Shown here: positions 21,395-30,677 of the stretch, piece after piece
Layout: every line of letters begins with the position of its first letter
Position numbering within the stretch: position 1 is the first letter of the stretch
Assembly: GCA_964631145.1 (NCBI GenBank)
Contig: CAZVXT010000001.1
Coordinates: 127,151-191,150, forward strand
DNA from: an uncultured Candidatus Saccharibacteria bacterium
Lineage (GTDB): Bacteria > Patescibacteriota > Doudnabacteria > UBA920
Direction: 5' to 3'
DNA length: 64,000 nt
The notes under the pieces: generated by a model
Database searches by the model: none
Told to the model about the DNA's origin: nothing
The model's input: only the letters and a program-made list of their open reading frames with translations
Position numbers and translations under genes: made by a program

Positions 21395-22438
21395 ATGAAT
21401 TTATTTTTCCGACAAAAAATTATTATCGCTGTTGTGGTTGTAGTGCTGCTTATAGCCAATGTATGTCTGTATAAATTGGTTTTAATGCAGATTAACGGCA
21501 CATCTAACGAAAGGCTAGAGGCAAGGACTTTGGACTTAGAAGATGATATTAGAGATCGCATAGAAATTTACTCAAATTTTATGTACGATGTTGCTGCATT
21601 ATTATCTTCGACCGATAATTTGAAACAGTCTGAGTGGGAACATTATATGGAGACGGCTAAAATGCTTGATCGATACCCAGGCATGCGTTCGGTTGTTTAT
21701 GCTCCCGTCATTGACGCAAAGCAGCGAACTATTTTTGAAGCCACAATTAAGCAATCGTCTGATTCTAGTTTTAGCATCTATCCAGATAAAATTACAGAAC
21801 AGGTTGCTCCTGTATTATTTATAGAACCTAAGACAAGAGATGGTAAACCTTTGAAGGTTGGCTTTAATATTTTATCTGATAGCTCTCGTGCTGCTGCTGT
21901 TAATTTTGCTAGAGATAATAATGAATTGGCTATTACCCAAAAAGTCGGTTTGATTGGTGATCTAAATGGGGTTTCAGAGCCAGGATTTGTTATATATTTG
22001 CCTATTTATAAAAAGAATATGCCTCTCAATTCTGTAGATCAAAGAAGGGCGGCATTTATGGGGGTTGTGGCAACTGGTATTAGGGTGAGCGAGTTAGTAA
22101 ATGGTTTGGTCGGCAATTATTACAAAGATTTATATTTTCAAATTTTTGATGGTCATAATGGTGAAACTCTTAGATCCGAGAATATGATGTATAACTCTGG
22201 ATCAGAAAAAGTTTTGCAACCAGGCTACGCTCCTACATACTCAAAAGTCACTAAAATAGATTGGGCTAACAATTCTTGGTATATTAGATATATTACACCT
22301 CCAAATTTTGGATTAACAAATTTTGAAAAATCTTTACCATTAATAATGACTGGACGAAATATTGTAATTTCTATCTTACTTCTTTGGTTATTATGGAGAA
22401 CTATGGTTAACAGAAATAAAAGGCATCAATCAGTATAA
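21395..22438 (+). CDS. CHASE-domain sensor protein without an output domain (TM - CHASE - TM)
   Basis: 'MLDRYPGMRSVVYAPVI', 'GFNILSDSSRAAAVNFARDNNELAITQKVGLI', 'GFVIYLPIYKKN', 'QRRAAFMGVVATGIRV' match the CHASE consensus. TM helices at both ends. No kinase, cyclase or HTH domain. Confidence 0.6.
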   Translation: MNLFFRQKIIIAVVVVVLLIANVCLYKLVLMQINGTSNERLEARTLDLEDDIRDRIEIYSNFMYDVAALLSSTDNLKQSEWEHYMETAKMLDRYPGMRSVVYAPVIDAKQRTIFEATIKQSSDSSFSIYPDKITEQVAPVLFIEPKTRDGKPLKVGFNILSDSSRAAAVNFARDNNELAITQKVGLIGDLNGVSEPGFVIYLPIYKKNMPLNSVDQRRAAFMGVVATGIRVSELVNGLVGNYYKDLYFQIFDGHNGETLRSENMMYNSGSEKVLQPGYAPTYSKVTKIDWANNSWYIRYITPPNFGLTNFEKSLPLIMTGRNIVISILLLWLLWRTMVNRNKRHQSV

Positions 22439-22447
22439 GCCTTATTC

Positions 22448-22485
22448 AAAAACCTCATGAACATAAGTGCATGAGGTTTTTTATT
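22448..22485. terminator. Bidirectional terminator between the CHASE gene and valS
   Basis: AAAACCTCATG-aacataagtg-CATGAGGTTTT flanked by A/T runs. Confidence 0.7.
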
Positions 22486-24656
22486 TAGTTTAAACTTTCT
22501 ATCATTAGAACAGGTTGTTTTACTAACCCTGCTTCATTTAATTCTTGCCATAATACTTCGGTAATAAATGGCATAAAGGGATGAAGGTTTTTTAATATAC
22601 TAATCAGTGAGTATAATAAAATTTGTTGAGTATTAGATTTTAGCTTGTCGTCCTGTAATTGAATCTTACTTGCTTCAATATAAATATCTGCTAAGTTTTT
22701 CCACGTAAAATCATATAATTCTTGTGCCGCCGCATGAAGGTGTAATTGCTCTATGGATGATATTGTAGTTTGTATTGCTTGGTCTAACTTAGTTAATATT
22801 TCTTCGTCTGCTTCTGTGATGGCTTGAGGTTTATCTGTCTTGGTTTGTTCATCTATGTTGGCTAAGATGTAGCGAGCAATGTTCCAGAGCTTGTTGCCAA
22901 AGTGCTTCATGCCTTTAATTTTATCTTCCGCGAGAGCAATATCAGTGCCTGGAGCTGTATTAAACACTAGTGCAAATCGCAAAGCGTCCGTACCGTACTT
23001 AGAAGTCATTTCTAGAGGGTCGATGATATTACCTAAAGATTTGCTCATCTTGCGATTTTTAGAATCTCTAATTAATCCGTGAAGGTAAACTTGCTTAAAT
23101 GGAATTTGTCCAACATGGTAAGTGCTCATCAAAATCATTCTTGCAACCCAGAAAAATAAAATATCGTAACCAGTTTCTAAAATATTTGTAGGATGAAATG
23201 TTTTTAAATCTTCGGTTTTATTTGGCCAGCCTAATATAGAAAAGGTCCATAGTCCAGAAGAAAACCATGTGTCTAATGTATCTTCGTCTTGGATCCAACC
23301 TTCTCCTTCTGGCGACTCTATACCGCAGTAAATATTGTCATTTTTATACCAAACCGGGATTTGATGCCCAAACCAAATCTGTCTAGAAATACACCAATCC
23401 CTGAGATTGTCTATAAAATGGTAATAAGTTTTGTCAAAGTGAGTCGGGCTAATAGAAATTTGATTTGTACTAACCACATGCTTCATCAATTGCTTTAAGG
23501 TTACTGTTTGTCCTGTAATAATACCTTCAATTTCAGAATGCTTGATTTGAAATTCTTTGTTAACTGCCATAAACCACTGCATTTTTGGTAATGGTTCGAT
23601 AATACCGCCAGTTCTTTCTGCTGTTGCAACATTTTGCTTAATTGCCTCTTCTTTTTCTAGTAAACCTTGTTCTTTTAGCCAGTCTACGACAACTTGCTTT
23701 GCTTCTGTAACTTTTTTATTTAGTAGGCTTTCTCCACCCAGCATCATTTTTGCATATTCATTGATAGCTTGCTTCATTGGTAGATTATGTCTTTCAGCAA
23801 TCTCAGCATCAATGAGGCTGTGTGCTGGTGTCACGCCCAATGCACCCGTACCAAAATCTTTTTCTACACTTTCGTCAGCAATAATTTTAACGTGTATTGG
23901 CACTCCGCAAAATTCTAAATCATACTCTTTGCCAATATACTGCTGATAGCGTTCATCATCAGGATGTACTGCTACTGCTGTGTCAGCTATTTTAGTCTCT
24001 GGTCTTGTTGTAGAGATTGCAATAGGGAAGTCTTTACTGTATTTAAAAGTGTACAATACAGCATCACGTTCTTGATAAACAATTTCTTCATCAGAAATAA
24101 CAGTCTGTCCTTTTGGATCCCAGTTTACAACTTTATAGCCGCGATAAATTAATCCATCATCATACATGGCTTTAAATGCTGTTCTAACAGCTAAGTTACG
24201 ATCTTGGTCTAATGTGTAAGCTTCGCGACTCCAATCAAGTGAGGCTCCCATTGCCTTCATTTGTCCAACAATTGTATCGTGGCTGTTTTGAGCAAACTCT
24301 TCTACGCGCTTTAAAAATTCTGGTCTGCCTAAATCGGCCTTTCTTTTACCTTCTTCTTTTTCTAAAATCTTTTCTACTTTGCTTTGGGTAGCTATTGCAG
24401 CATGATCTGTGCCAGGTAACCATAAAGTTTTTTTGCCTTGCATGCGCTGGAAGCGAATAATGATATCTTGTATGGTGATGCCTAAAGCGTGCCCAACGTG
24501 AAGAGTACCTGTTACATTTGGGGGAGGTAGAACAATGCTAAATGGCTCGTTTTGGTTTGGTAACTTGTCAGGATTAAAATAGCCAGAATTTAACCACTTT
24601 TGATATATATCTGCTTCATATTTAGAAGCATCGTAAGATTTATCTAATTCTTTCAT
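22485..24656 (-). CDS. valS: Valyl-tRNA synthetase (short form, lacking the C-terminal coiled coil)
   Basis: 'PPPNVTGTLHVGHALGITIQDIIIRFQRMQGKKTLWLPGTDHAAIATQ' is near-identical to the ValRS HIGH region. 'KMSKSLGN'. 'WCISRQIWFGHQIP'. Confidence 0.9.
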   Translation of the reverse strand: MKELDKSYDASKYEADIYQKWLNSGYFNPDKLPNQNEPFSIVLPPPNVTGTLHVGHALGITIQDIIIRFQRMQGKKTLWLPGTDHAAIATQSKVEKILEKEEGKRKADLGRPEFLKRVEEFAQNSHDTIVGQMKAMGASLDWSREAYTLDQDRNLAVRTAFKAMYDDGLIYRGYKVVNWDPKGQTVISDEEIVYQERDAVLYTFKYSKDFPIAISTTRPETKIADTAVAVHPDDERYQQYIGKEYDLEFCGVPIHVKIIADESVEKDFGTGALGVTPAHSLIDAEIAERHNLPMKQAINEYAKMMLGGESLLNKKVTEAKQVVVDWLKEQGLLEKEEAIKQNVATAERTGGIIEPLPKMQWFMAVNKEFQIKHSEIEGIITGQTVTLKQLMKHVVSTNQISISPTHFDKTYYHFIDNLRDWCISRQIWFGHQIPVWYKNDNIYCGIESPEGEGWIQDEDTLDTWFSSGLWTFSILGWPNKTEDLKTFHPTNILETGYDILFFWVARMILMSTYHVGQIPFKQVYLHGLIRDSKNRKMSKSLGNIIDPLEMTSKYGTDALRFALVFNTAPGTDIALAEDKIKGMKHFGNKLWNIARYILANIDEQTKTDKPQAITEADEEILTKLDQAIQTTISSIEQLHLHAAAQELYDFTWKNLADIYIEASKIQLQDDKLKSNTQQILLYSLISILKNLHPFMPFITEVLWQELNEAGLVKQPVLMIESLN

Positions 24657-24659
24657 AAT

Positions 24660-24872
24660 AATTTATTAAAAATAAAAACACCTTTTAATTAGGTGTCTAG
24701 AGCGCATGTTGTAGCGCGGTACCATCTAGGTTTGTTGCTTGATTTTGATAATTACGGTTATCTTCCGTCGGGTTCTAATTTCGTAAAGATTTCTTCCCGC
24801 ACTTGTCTGGTTATAGACATCATGGTGACAGCCATGACAAAAGTTTTGTTAAGTGTATGTATATTATATTAG
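24660..24872 (-). promoter_or_regulatory. Candidate T-box riboswitch leader of valS (T-box core + intrinsic terminator)
   Basis: On the minus strand: 'AGATGGTACCGCGCTA' (one mismatch to the GGTGGTACCGCG T-box core) lies immediately 5' of the hairpin ACACCT-aattaaa-AGGTGT + TTTTATTTTT, which ends ~15 nt before the valS ATG. The ~200-nt leader is unusually long for this genome. Confidence 0.45.
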
Positions 24873-24900
24873 AAGCCACAAAAAAAGTAAAGCAATAGCT
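24873..24900 (-). terminator. tsaD terminator
   Basis: Minus strand AAGTAAAGC-tatt-GCTTTACTT + TTTTTTTG directly after the tsaD stop. Confidence 0.7.
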
Positions 24901-25983
24901 TTACTTTAGTTCCCAAGCTGGGTCTGCAGATACAGTGTGGGGCTTAACTCCTTTTTTACCATTGAATAAATCAAAGTATGACGCGATGGCAATCATTTGG
25001 GCATTGTCAGTGCAGAGATCAAATTCTGGTAGCAAAAATTTTAGTTTATTTTTTTGACATGCTGACGCTAAAGAGTTTCGAAGATGTTTATTAGCTGCCA
25101 CTCCTCCAGATAACGCAATGGCTTTGGCGCCATATTGTTCTGCGGCTCTCAGAGTTTTTGTAACAAGAACATCAACGGCAGCATTTTGAAATGATAAAGA
25201 AATATTTGCTTTGGCTTGTGGGTTGAGCTTTATTTTATTTTTTTTAATAAAATATAAAACTGCAGTTTTAAGTCCAGCAAAAGAAAAGTTGTAGTTTTTT
25301 TCTTTTAACATCGGACGGGGGAAGTTGTAATCTTCTATGCCTTCCAACGATAACTTATCGATTTGAGGACCACCCGGATATGGCAGATTAAGCAGTTTGG
25401 CGACTTTGTCATATGCTTCGCCAACAGCATCATCAACAGTGCTCCCAATAACTTTGTAAGTTTTATAGTCTTTCATTAGTAATAGTAATGTATGTCCACC
25501 AGAAACTATCAAAGAAATCACAGGAAATTGAGCTTTCTCTGGCTTTTGTGCAAAGGCAGCATACAAATGCCCAGCCATGTGGTTGGTTGGAAGCACGGGT
25601 TTATTAAGAGAAGCTGCTAGTCCTTTGGCAAATTCTGTGCCTACTACTAAAGATACAATTAGTCCTGGACCTGTGGTCGGAGCAATGTAGTCTATATCTG
25701 ATAGGTTGACTTTTGCTTGCTTTAAAGCTTCGCTAACTACAGGCATGATATGTATAATATGTTCCCGGGCAGCAACTTCTGGAACAACGCCACCTGTTTT
25801 TTCATGAATCTTAATCTGAGAATTAACAATGGATGATAGGATTTTAAATTTAGGGAGTTTTCCCGAATATCCTTCTAATACAGCTGCAGCAGTTTCATCA
25901 CAGCTAGTTTCTATAGCTAAAACTTTAAATTTTTTTGGCAAAAGATTATTCATAACTTTTGTATCATAGCTAGATTTTAACAA
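24901..25983 (-). CDS. tsaD: tRNA N6-adenosine threonylcarbamoyltransferase (Kae1/YgjD family)
   Basis: 'LAIETSCDETAAAVL', 'GGVAANKHLR', and 360 aa length typical of the family. Confidence 0.85.
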   Translation of the reverse strand: MLKSSYDTKVMNNLLPKKFKVLAIETSCDETAAAVLEGYSGKLPKFKILSSIVNSQIKIHEKTGGVVPEVAAREHIIHIMPVVSEALKQAKVNLSDIDYIAPTTGPGLIVSLVVGTEFAKGLAASLNKPVLPTNHMAGHLYAAFAQKPEKAQFPVISLIVSGGHTLLLLMKDYKTYKVIGSTVDDAVGEAYDKVAKLLNLPYPGGPQIDKLSLEGIEDYNFPRPMLKEKNYNFSFAGLKTAVLYFIKKNKIKLNPQAKANISLSFQNAAVDVLVTKTLRAAEQYGAKAIALSGGVAANKHLRNSLASACQKNKLKFLLPEFDLCTDNAQMIAIASYFDLFNGKKGVKPHTVSADPAWELK

Positions 25984-26031
25984 AAAGAAAAGACCCTGTA
26001 TTAAATTACACGGTCATTTCTATGCAATATT

Positions 26032-26253
26032 TTATTGTCCTGCAGAGCAAGTACGACAATCTCCTTTATGGGTAAAGGCAATGTATAAAGCAGATAATCC
26101 TACGAGAATGTAAACAAGGTTTTGTAACCAGCCAATGCTTCCAAGCACTGCATGAACTAAATCAAAATGAAATAATCCAACTAGTCCCCAGTTTAAACCA
26201 CCAACAATCAACAAAATAAATGCAATTATGTGTAAGGCTTTCAAATTTTTCAC
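26032..26253 (-). CDS. DUF378-family small membrane protein
   Basis: 'ILLIVGGLNWGLVGLFHFDLV' is the hallmark DUF378 motif. Two TM helices. Confidence 0.6.
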   Translation of the reverse strand: MKNLKALHIIAFILLIVGGLNWGLVGLFHFDLVHAVLGSIGWLQNLVYILVGLSALYIAFTHKGDCRTCSAGQ

Positions 26254-26353
26254 CCCCTCTCAAGAGTGTTACTTACGCCTTTAGTATACGCTGGCTGTTG
26301 TGTGTAGGCAAGCTAATTGTGCACAGATAAGCAGAAAATGATAAAATTAATTT

Positions 26354-27679
26354 ATGAATAAAATCAATCAAAAATATATAAAAAATATTATATTGTTAGC
26401 TGTAACTTTGAGCTCAATATCATTTTTATTATTGTACTTTTTTGGTATCGATTATAGTGCTGCCAAAGAGGGTGGCTATTTAACTAGTTTGCTGATTTCT
26501 ACAACTGCTAGCATCACTGGGTTAATCGGCGCTGTGTTATTATTTTGGCAAACTATTTTGTCTTCCAAAAAAATTATGTCTGTATTTACACGAGACGTGT
26601 TTTGGCTACAAGACATACATACATTTTTAGGGAAGTATGGAATTTTTTTGATACTTCTACACCCTATATTTATATTTTTTGCTTACAATAAAAATTGGGA
26701 TTTATTTTTAAGTATTTTGCCTACAACAGAATTTGCTGAGCATGTTGCTTTTGGACGTATTGCTTTATTATTATGGCTTGTCATTTGGCTTACTAGTGCT
26801 GTTGTGAGGGAAAAGGTTTCTTACCGCCCTTGGAAATATCTGCATTACTTAAGTTATCCAATTAGATTTTTGGTAATTTTACACGCAGGAGAAATAGGAA
26901 ATTTTGTGGCAAGTAATGTTGTAGTACAAGTTATATGGTGGTTTATGGTCGGGGCGTTTATATTTACTACTGTGTGGCGGGCATTAGAATGGGCAGGATT
27001 CTTAAAAGCAAAATATGAAGTTGTTTCTACTCAAAAAGTAGGAGACAGTATAGTCTTGGTCAAAATGAAGCCAACTGGCAAAAAAATGACTACACCATTA
27101 ATTGGTCAACATGCGTATGTGCAATTTGGTCGTTTTGGTGAAAATCACCCATATACCATTATGGAATGGGATGAAATGAGCGGTGGGGTGCAAATAGGAG
27201 TAAGGGAAGTTGGCAAATTCTCTAAGCTATTAATGAATGCTCAACCAGGACAATCAATATTTATTGATGGTCCGTACGGTACTTATACTTTAGAAGGGCA
27301 AAACGATATTCCAAAAGTTATTATTGCCGGGGGTGTTGGTATAACTCCGTTTACAAGACTTGTAAGAGATTATCCAAAGAATACGTTGTTTATCAATTGC
27401 AATAGAACATATAAAGATATTGTCGACAGGCAAGAATTACAGCAGATTTTAGGAAGTTCTTATTTTGATGTTATGGATTCGGAAACCCAACCAGACAATA
27501 ATAATGTCTTAGTGGGAAGACTAGATGCCCAAAAAATTATACAAATAGTTGGACAACAAAACCTGCAAAAATATAATTATTTTATTTGCGGTAGTCCTGG
27601 ATTTATTGGGGCGATCGAAAAAACTATTACTGGTTTGGGATTAGATGAGAGTAAAGTTTATTACGAGACCTTAGGTTAG
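26354..27679 (+). CDS. Ferric-reductase-like transmembrane flavocytochrome (NOX/FRE family: FRD heme domain + FAD/NAD(P)-binding FNR-like domain)
   Basis: 6 TM helices with paired His ('LLHPIF', 'ILHAGE'). FAD-binding motif 'HPYTI'. NAD-binding motif 'IAGGVGITPF'. C-terminal 'CGSPGF'. Confidence 0.7.
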   Translation: MNKINQKYIKNIILLAVTLSSISFLLLYFFGIDYSAAKEGGYLTSLLISTTASITGLIGAVLLFWQTILSSKKIMSVFTRDVFWLQDIHTFLGKYGIFLILLHPIFIFFAYNKNWDLFLSILPTTEFAEHVAFGRIALLLWLVIWLTSAVVREKVSYRPWKYLHYLSYPIRFLVILHAGEIGNFVASNVVVQVIWWFMVGAFIFTTVWRALEWAGFLKAKYEVVSTQKVGDSIVLVKMKPTGKKMTTPLIGQHAYVQFGRFGENHPYTIMEWDEMSGGVQIGVREVGKFSKLLMNAQPGQSIFIDGPYGTYTLEGQNDIPKVIIAGGVGITPFTRLVRDYPKNTLFINCNRTYKDIVDRQELQQILGSSYFDVMDSETQPDNNNVLVGRLDAQKIIQIVGQQNLQKYNYFICGSPGFIGAIEKTITGLGLDESKVYYETLG

Positions 27680-27721
27680 TGTGCTATACTATTTAAAGTG
27701 TTTAATAATTAATTAATTTTC

Positions 27722-28153
27722 ATGAACAAAACAATATTGGCTTCATTCGTAGTATTAAGCTTGTTGGCAGCTGGCTGCAGCAAAACCAATTCTACAGATA
27801 ATAACTATAATACAAGTGCAACCTCAACTCAGTCTGATTCTTCTTCAACTTCAGTATCAAAAGAATCAGTTAACTCTAGCACTTCTTCTGCAAACGGAAA
27901 TTCTTCTTCCACAACAGCTTCTGGCTACACAATGACTGATGTTGCAAAGCATAGTTCTTCTGGAGATTGTTGGGCTGCTGTAAATGGCGGGGTTTATAAC
28001 TTAACAGGTTGGATCTCTCAACATCCAGGTGGATCCCAAGCTATTATAGGTATGTGCGGTAAAGATGCAAGTGCAATGTTTAATAAACAGCACGGTGGGC
28101 AAAGAGAAGCTAATCAAGCATTGGCTAGCCTAAAAATTGGCACTTTAAACTAA
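27722..28153 (+). CDS. Lipoprotein with a cytochrome b5-like heme-binding domain
   Basis: Lipobox 'LLAAGC'. S/T-rich linker. 'HSSSGDCWAAVNGGVYNLTGWISQHPGG' (HPGG heme-ligand motif), second His in 'KQHGG'. Confidence 0.7.
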   Translation: MNKTILASFVVLSLLAAGCSKTNSTDNNYNTSATSTQSDSSSTSVSKESVNSSTSSANGNSSSTTASGYTMTDVAKHSSSGDCWAAVNGGVYNLTGWISQHPGGSQAIIGMCGKDASAMFNKQHGGQREANQALASLKIGTLN

Positions 28154-28159
28154 AATAAA

Positions 28160-28186
28160 AATACCTCGCAAGAGGTATTTTTTTAT
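28160..28186. terminator. Bidirectional terminator
   Basis: AAAAATACCTC-gcaa-GAGGTATTTTT. Confidence 0.75.
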
Positions 28187-28195
28187 TTTCATTCT

Positions 28196-28627
28196 TTATT
28201 TCCAGTATGTAATTATTATTGCAGCCACGATAGTTGCAATCAAATAATATCCCAAGTCTATTGATATATATTTAAGTTTTTTACCAGCCCATAATTTTTC
28301 GCTATATTTAACCGGTAGAATAAAACCTAACCATATCCATACCGCTGCTCTAATTGAGGATTCAAAATTGCTATCTAGTCCCATAACTTTTGTAAAAGCC
28401 CAAATAATGTGAGCTAGAATATATGAAGTTAGCAATGCCCCAATAAACATTTGTAAGTAAGATGTGCTGGCAGATTTTTTTTGTTGCTCTATAAACTCTT
28501 TATTTTTAGTATTCCAACCTAATCCTTGCATCCATAATTTACCAAACAGTGGTCCGTACCAAATGGCACCTATGATCATAAAAGTAATCGCCGAAGCAAC
28601 TACTGCAATATAATTTATTTCTGGCAT
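28196..28627 (-). CDS. DUF1761-family membrane protein
   Basis: 'INYIAVVASAITFMIIGAIWYGPLFGKLWM' is the typical DUF1761 N-terminus. 4 TM helices. Confidence 0.55.
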   Translation of the reverse strand: MPEINYIAVVASAITFMIIGAIWYGPLFGKLWMQGLGWNTKNKEFIEQQKKSASTSYLQMFIGALLTSYILAHIIWAFTKVMGLDSNFESSIRAAVWIWLGFILPVKYSEKLWAGKKLKYISIDLGYYLIATIVAAIIITYWK

Positions 28628-28660
28628 TTGTTTTTTTACTTTCGCAACTATTAATATTAT

Positions 28661-29800
28661 TTAATTTTTAATTGCACTTGCTACTGTTTTCACTACTGTT
28701 TTGTCTAATGCATCTGGCAAAATTTTGTCTGCACTAACATCGCTAACATGATCTGCCAAATTTTGAGCAGCTTGCAAAAGCATTTGTGGGGTAATTTGTA
28801 CGATATTATTATCTAATGCACCTCGGAATATCCCTGGAAAAGCTAAGACGTTGTTAATTTGATTGGGAAAGTCGCTGCGCCCTGTGGCAACAATTAATGC
28901 ACCTGCTTCTTTAGCAAGATCTGGCATAATTTCTGGTTCTGGGTTAGCTAAGGCAAATATAATTGGGTTTGTATTCATGGATTTTACCATGTCAGTTGTC
29001 AAAACTTTGCCCTTACTGACTCCAATAAAGATGTCACTGTTTTGTACTGCATTAGATAAATTCCCACTAATATTATTTTTGTTGGTCATGGTAACTAATT
29101 CTTGTTTTTCTGAATTTAGATCAGTCCTGTTAGAGTTTAAAATTCCTTTACTATCGCATACAACAATATTTTCAAAACCATAAAGCATTAAAAGCTTGGT
29201 AATTGCCGTACCTGCCGCACCTGCGCCATTAATTACAATCTTTGCGTTAGATTTAGTTAGTTCTGTTTTAACCTTAAGAGAATTAATCAATCCAGCTAGG
29301 ACCACTACAGCTGTACCTTGTTGATCATCGTGCATAACCGGAATGTTTAGTTCGGTCTTTAGTCTTCTTTCAATTTCAAAACAAAGAGGAGCGGCAATGT
29401 CTTCTAGATTAATACCTCCAAAAACCGGTGCAATGTATTTTACAGTTTTGATAATTTCTTCTGGATCCTGTGTGTCTAAACAAATCGGAAAGGCATCGAT
29501 GTCTGCAAACTCTTTAAATAGCAAAGCTTTGCCTTCCATAACTGGTAGGGCACCGATCGGTCCAAGATTGCCTAATCCCAAAACTGCAGAACCATCGGTT
29601 ACTATTGCAACGCTATTGCCTTTGATGCTCATAGTTTTGGCAAGCTCTGGATTTTGAGCAAAGGCGGAGCTAACTGCAGCTACTCCAGGTGTGTAGGCTG
29701 TAGCTAGGTCGTCTTTAGTATTTAACTCAATTTTGCTAGCCAGCTTAATCTTGCCGCGAAGCTTTTTATGTAAATTGATAGAATCTTCAGCGTAATTCAT
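28661..29800 (-). CDS. NAD(P)-dependent malic enzyme (short ~380-aa type)
   Basis: 'GTAVVVLAGLINSLK', 'VINGAGAAGTAI' dinucleotide-binding motif, 'NPEPEI'; overall malic-enzyme domain order. Confidence 0.8.
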   Translation of the reverse strand: MNYAEDSINLHKKLRGKIKLASKIELNTKDDLATAYTPGVAAVSSAFAQNPELAKTMSIKGNSVAIVTDGSAVLGLGNLGPIGALPVMEGKALLFKEFADIDAFPICLDTQDPEEIIKTVKYIAPVFGGINLEDIAAPLCFEIERRLKTELNIPVMHDDQQGTAVVVLAGLINSLKVKTELTKSNAKIVINGAGAAGTAITKLLMLYGFENIVVCDSKGILNSNRTDLNSEKQELVTMTNKNNISGNLSNAVQNSDIFIGVSKGKVLTTDMVKSMNTNPIIFALANPEPEIMPDLAKEAGALIVATGRSDFPNQINNVLAFPGIFRGALDNNIVQITPQMLLQAAQNLADHVSDVSADKILPDALDKTVVKTVASAIKN

Positions 29801-29888
29801 GGTTTTGACAGTTAATTTATATATTAATTGTACCAGTCAGTAGTCATTAAAAAAAGAGAAAGATAAAAACTCTTTGATTCTATTTATT

Positions 29889-29923
29889 GACAAAATGTCT
29901 AATTATTATTACAATACTTGGTC
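29889..29923 (+). promoter_or_regulatory. Near-consensus sigma70-type promoter for the 30005 gene
   Basis: TTGACA - 17 nt - TACAAT, followed by an ~80-nt leader and a GGAGG SD. Confidence 0.6.
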
Positions 29924-30004
29924 TATTTGCTTGAGACTTAAGGCAAGCACATTTTACAAAAACCATAGCCGACTGAGATTGGCTCATAGGCGACTGGAGG
30001 GTAT

Positions 30005-30658
30005 ATGCAAGAACAGCGAAAACAACAACTGCTACAATCATTAGCAGAAATGGCACAAACTAGATTAGTGCTAAGAATTAATAGCCAGATCAACTTCAAT
30101 GCTTTGTATAAATATCATTATCAAGTCGAATTTTTGATTGCTGATAATGAAGAAGTTTGGTTGTTTCGTTATTATGGGCAACCTATGAGAGATGTGATCG
30201 GTGATTCATCGTTTCCATATCTTTATGCAGAGACTGTCTCTGTTGGTTACACATTGTATAAAGGGAAAAAATATCCATTGCTGGACAACGAAGAAGAAGT
30301 TGTCGAGATTTGGCAAAAAGTTCACCCTGATTGGTTAAGCGATGATCAAATCGTCATTACTTTAAGCGATGGCGATCATAAAATGGGTCGTTTGTCCGCA
30401 GTTACTGTAAGAGGATATGGACAACTAATGTGTATATTAGGACTGGCTAGAAAAGCTTATCAGCGGCATGTTGATTATAGACAAGTTCAACTTACAGATC
30501 CTGACAATGCTCAAGCAAAAATTGACCCAGCTTTAGCTATATATGCTGGAGAAGTTCCTCCAACTTCTATACAAAAAAACTTTTGTGTTAGATTGCAAGC
30601 TTGTTTAATTGAGGTTGAAAAAACTTTAATCGAAGCCGGGCAAATTTTAGCATATTAA
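30005..30658 (+). CDS. Hypothetical protein (217 aa), locally GC-richer
   Basis: ORF with GGAGGG SD. No recognisable motif. Confidence 0.6.
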   Translation: MQEQRKQQLLQSLAEMAQTRLVLRINSQINFNALYKYHYQVEFLIADNEEVWLFRYYGQPMRDVIGDSSFPYLYAETVSVGYTLYKGKKYPLLDNEEEVVEIWQKVHPDWLSDDQIVITLSDGDHKMGRLSAVTVRGYGQLMCILGLARKAYQRHVDYRQVQLTDPDNAQAKIDPALAIYAGEVPPTSIQKNFCVRLQACLIEVEKTLIEAGQILAY

Positions 30659-30677
30659 AATAAAGGAGGAAGATTAT

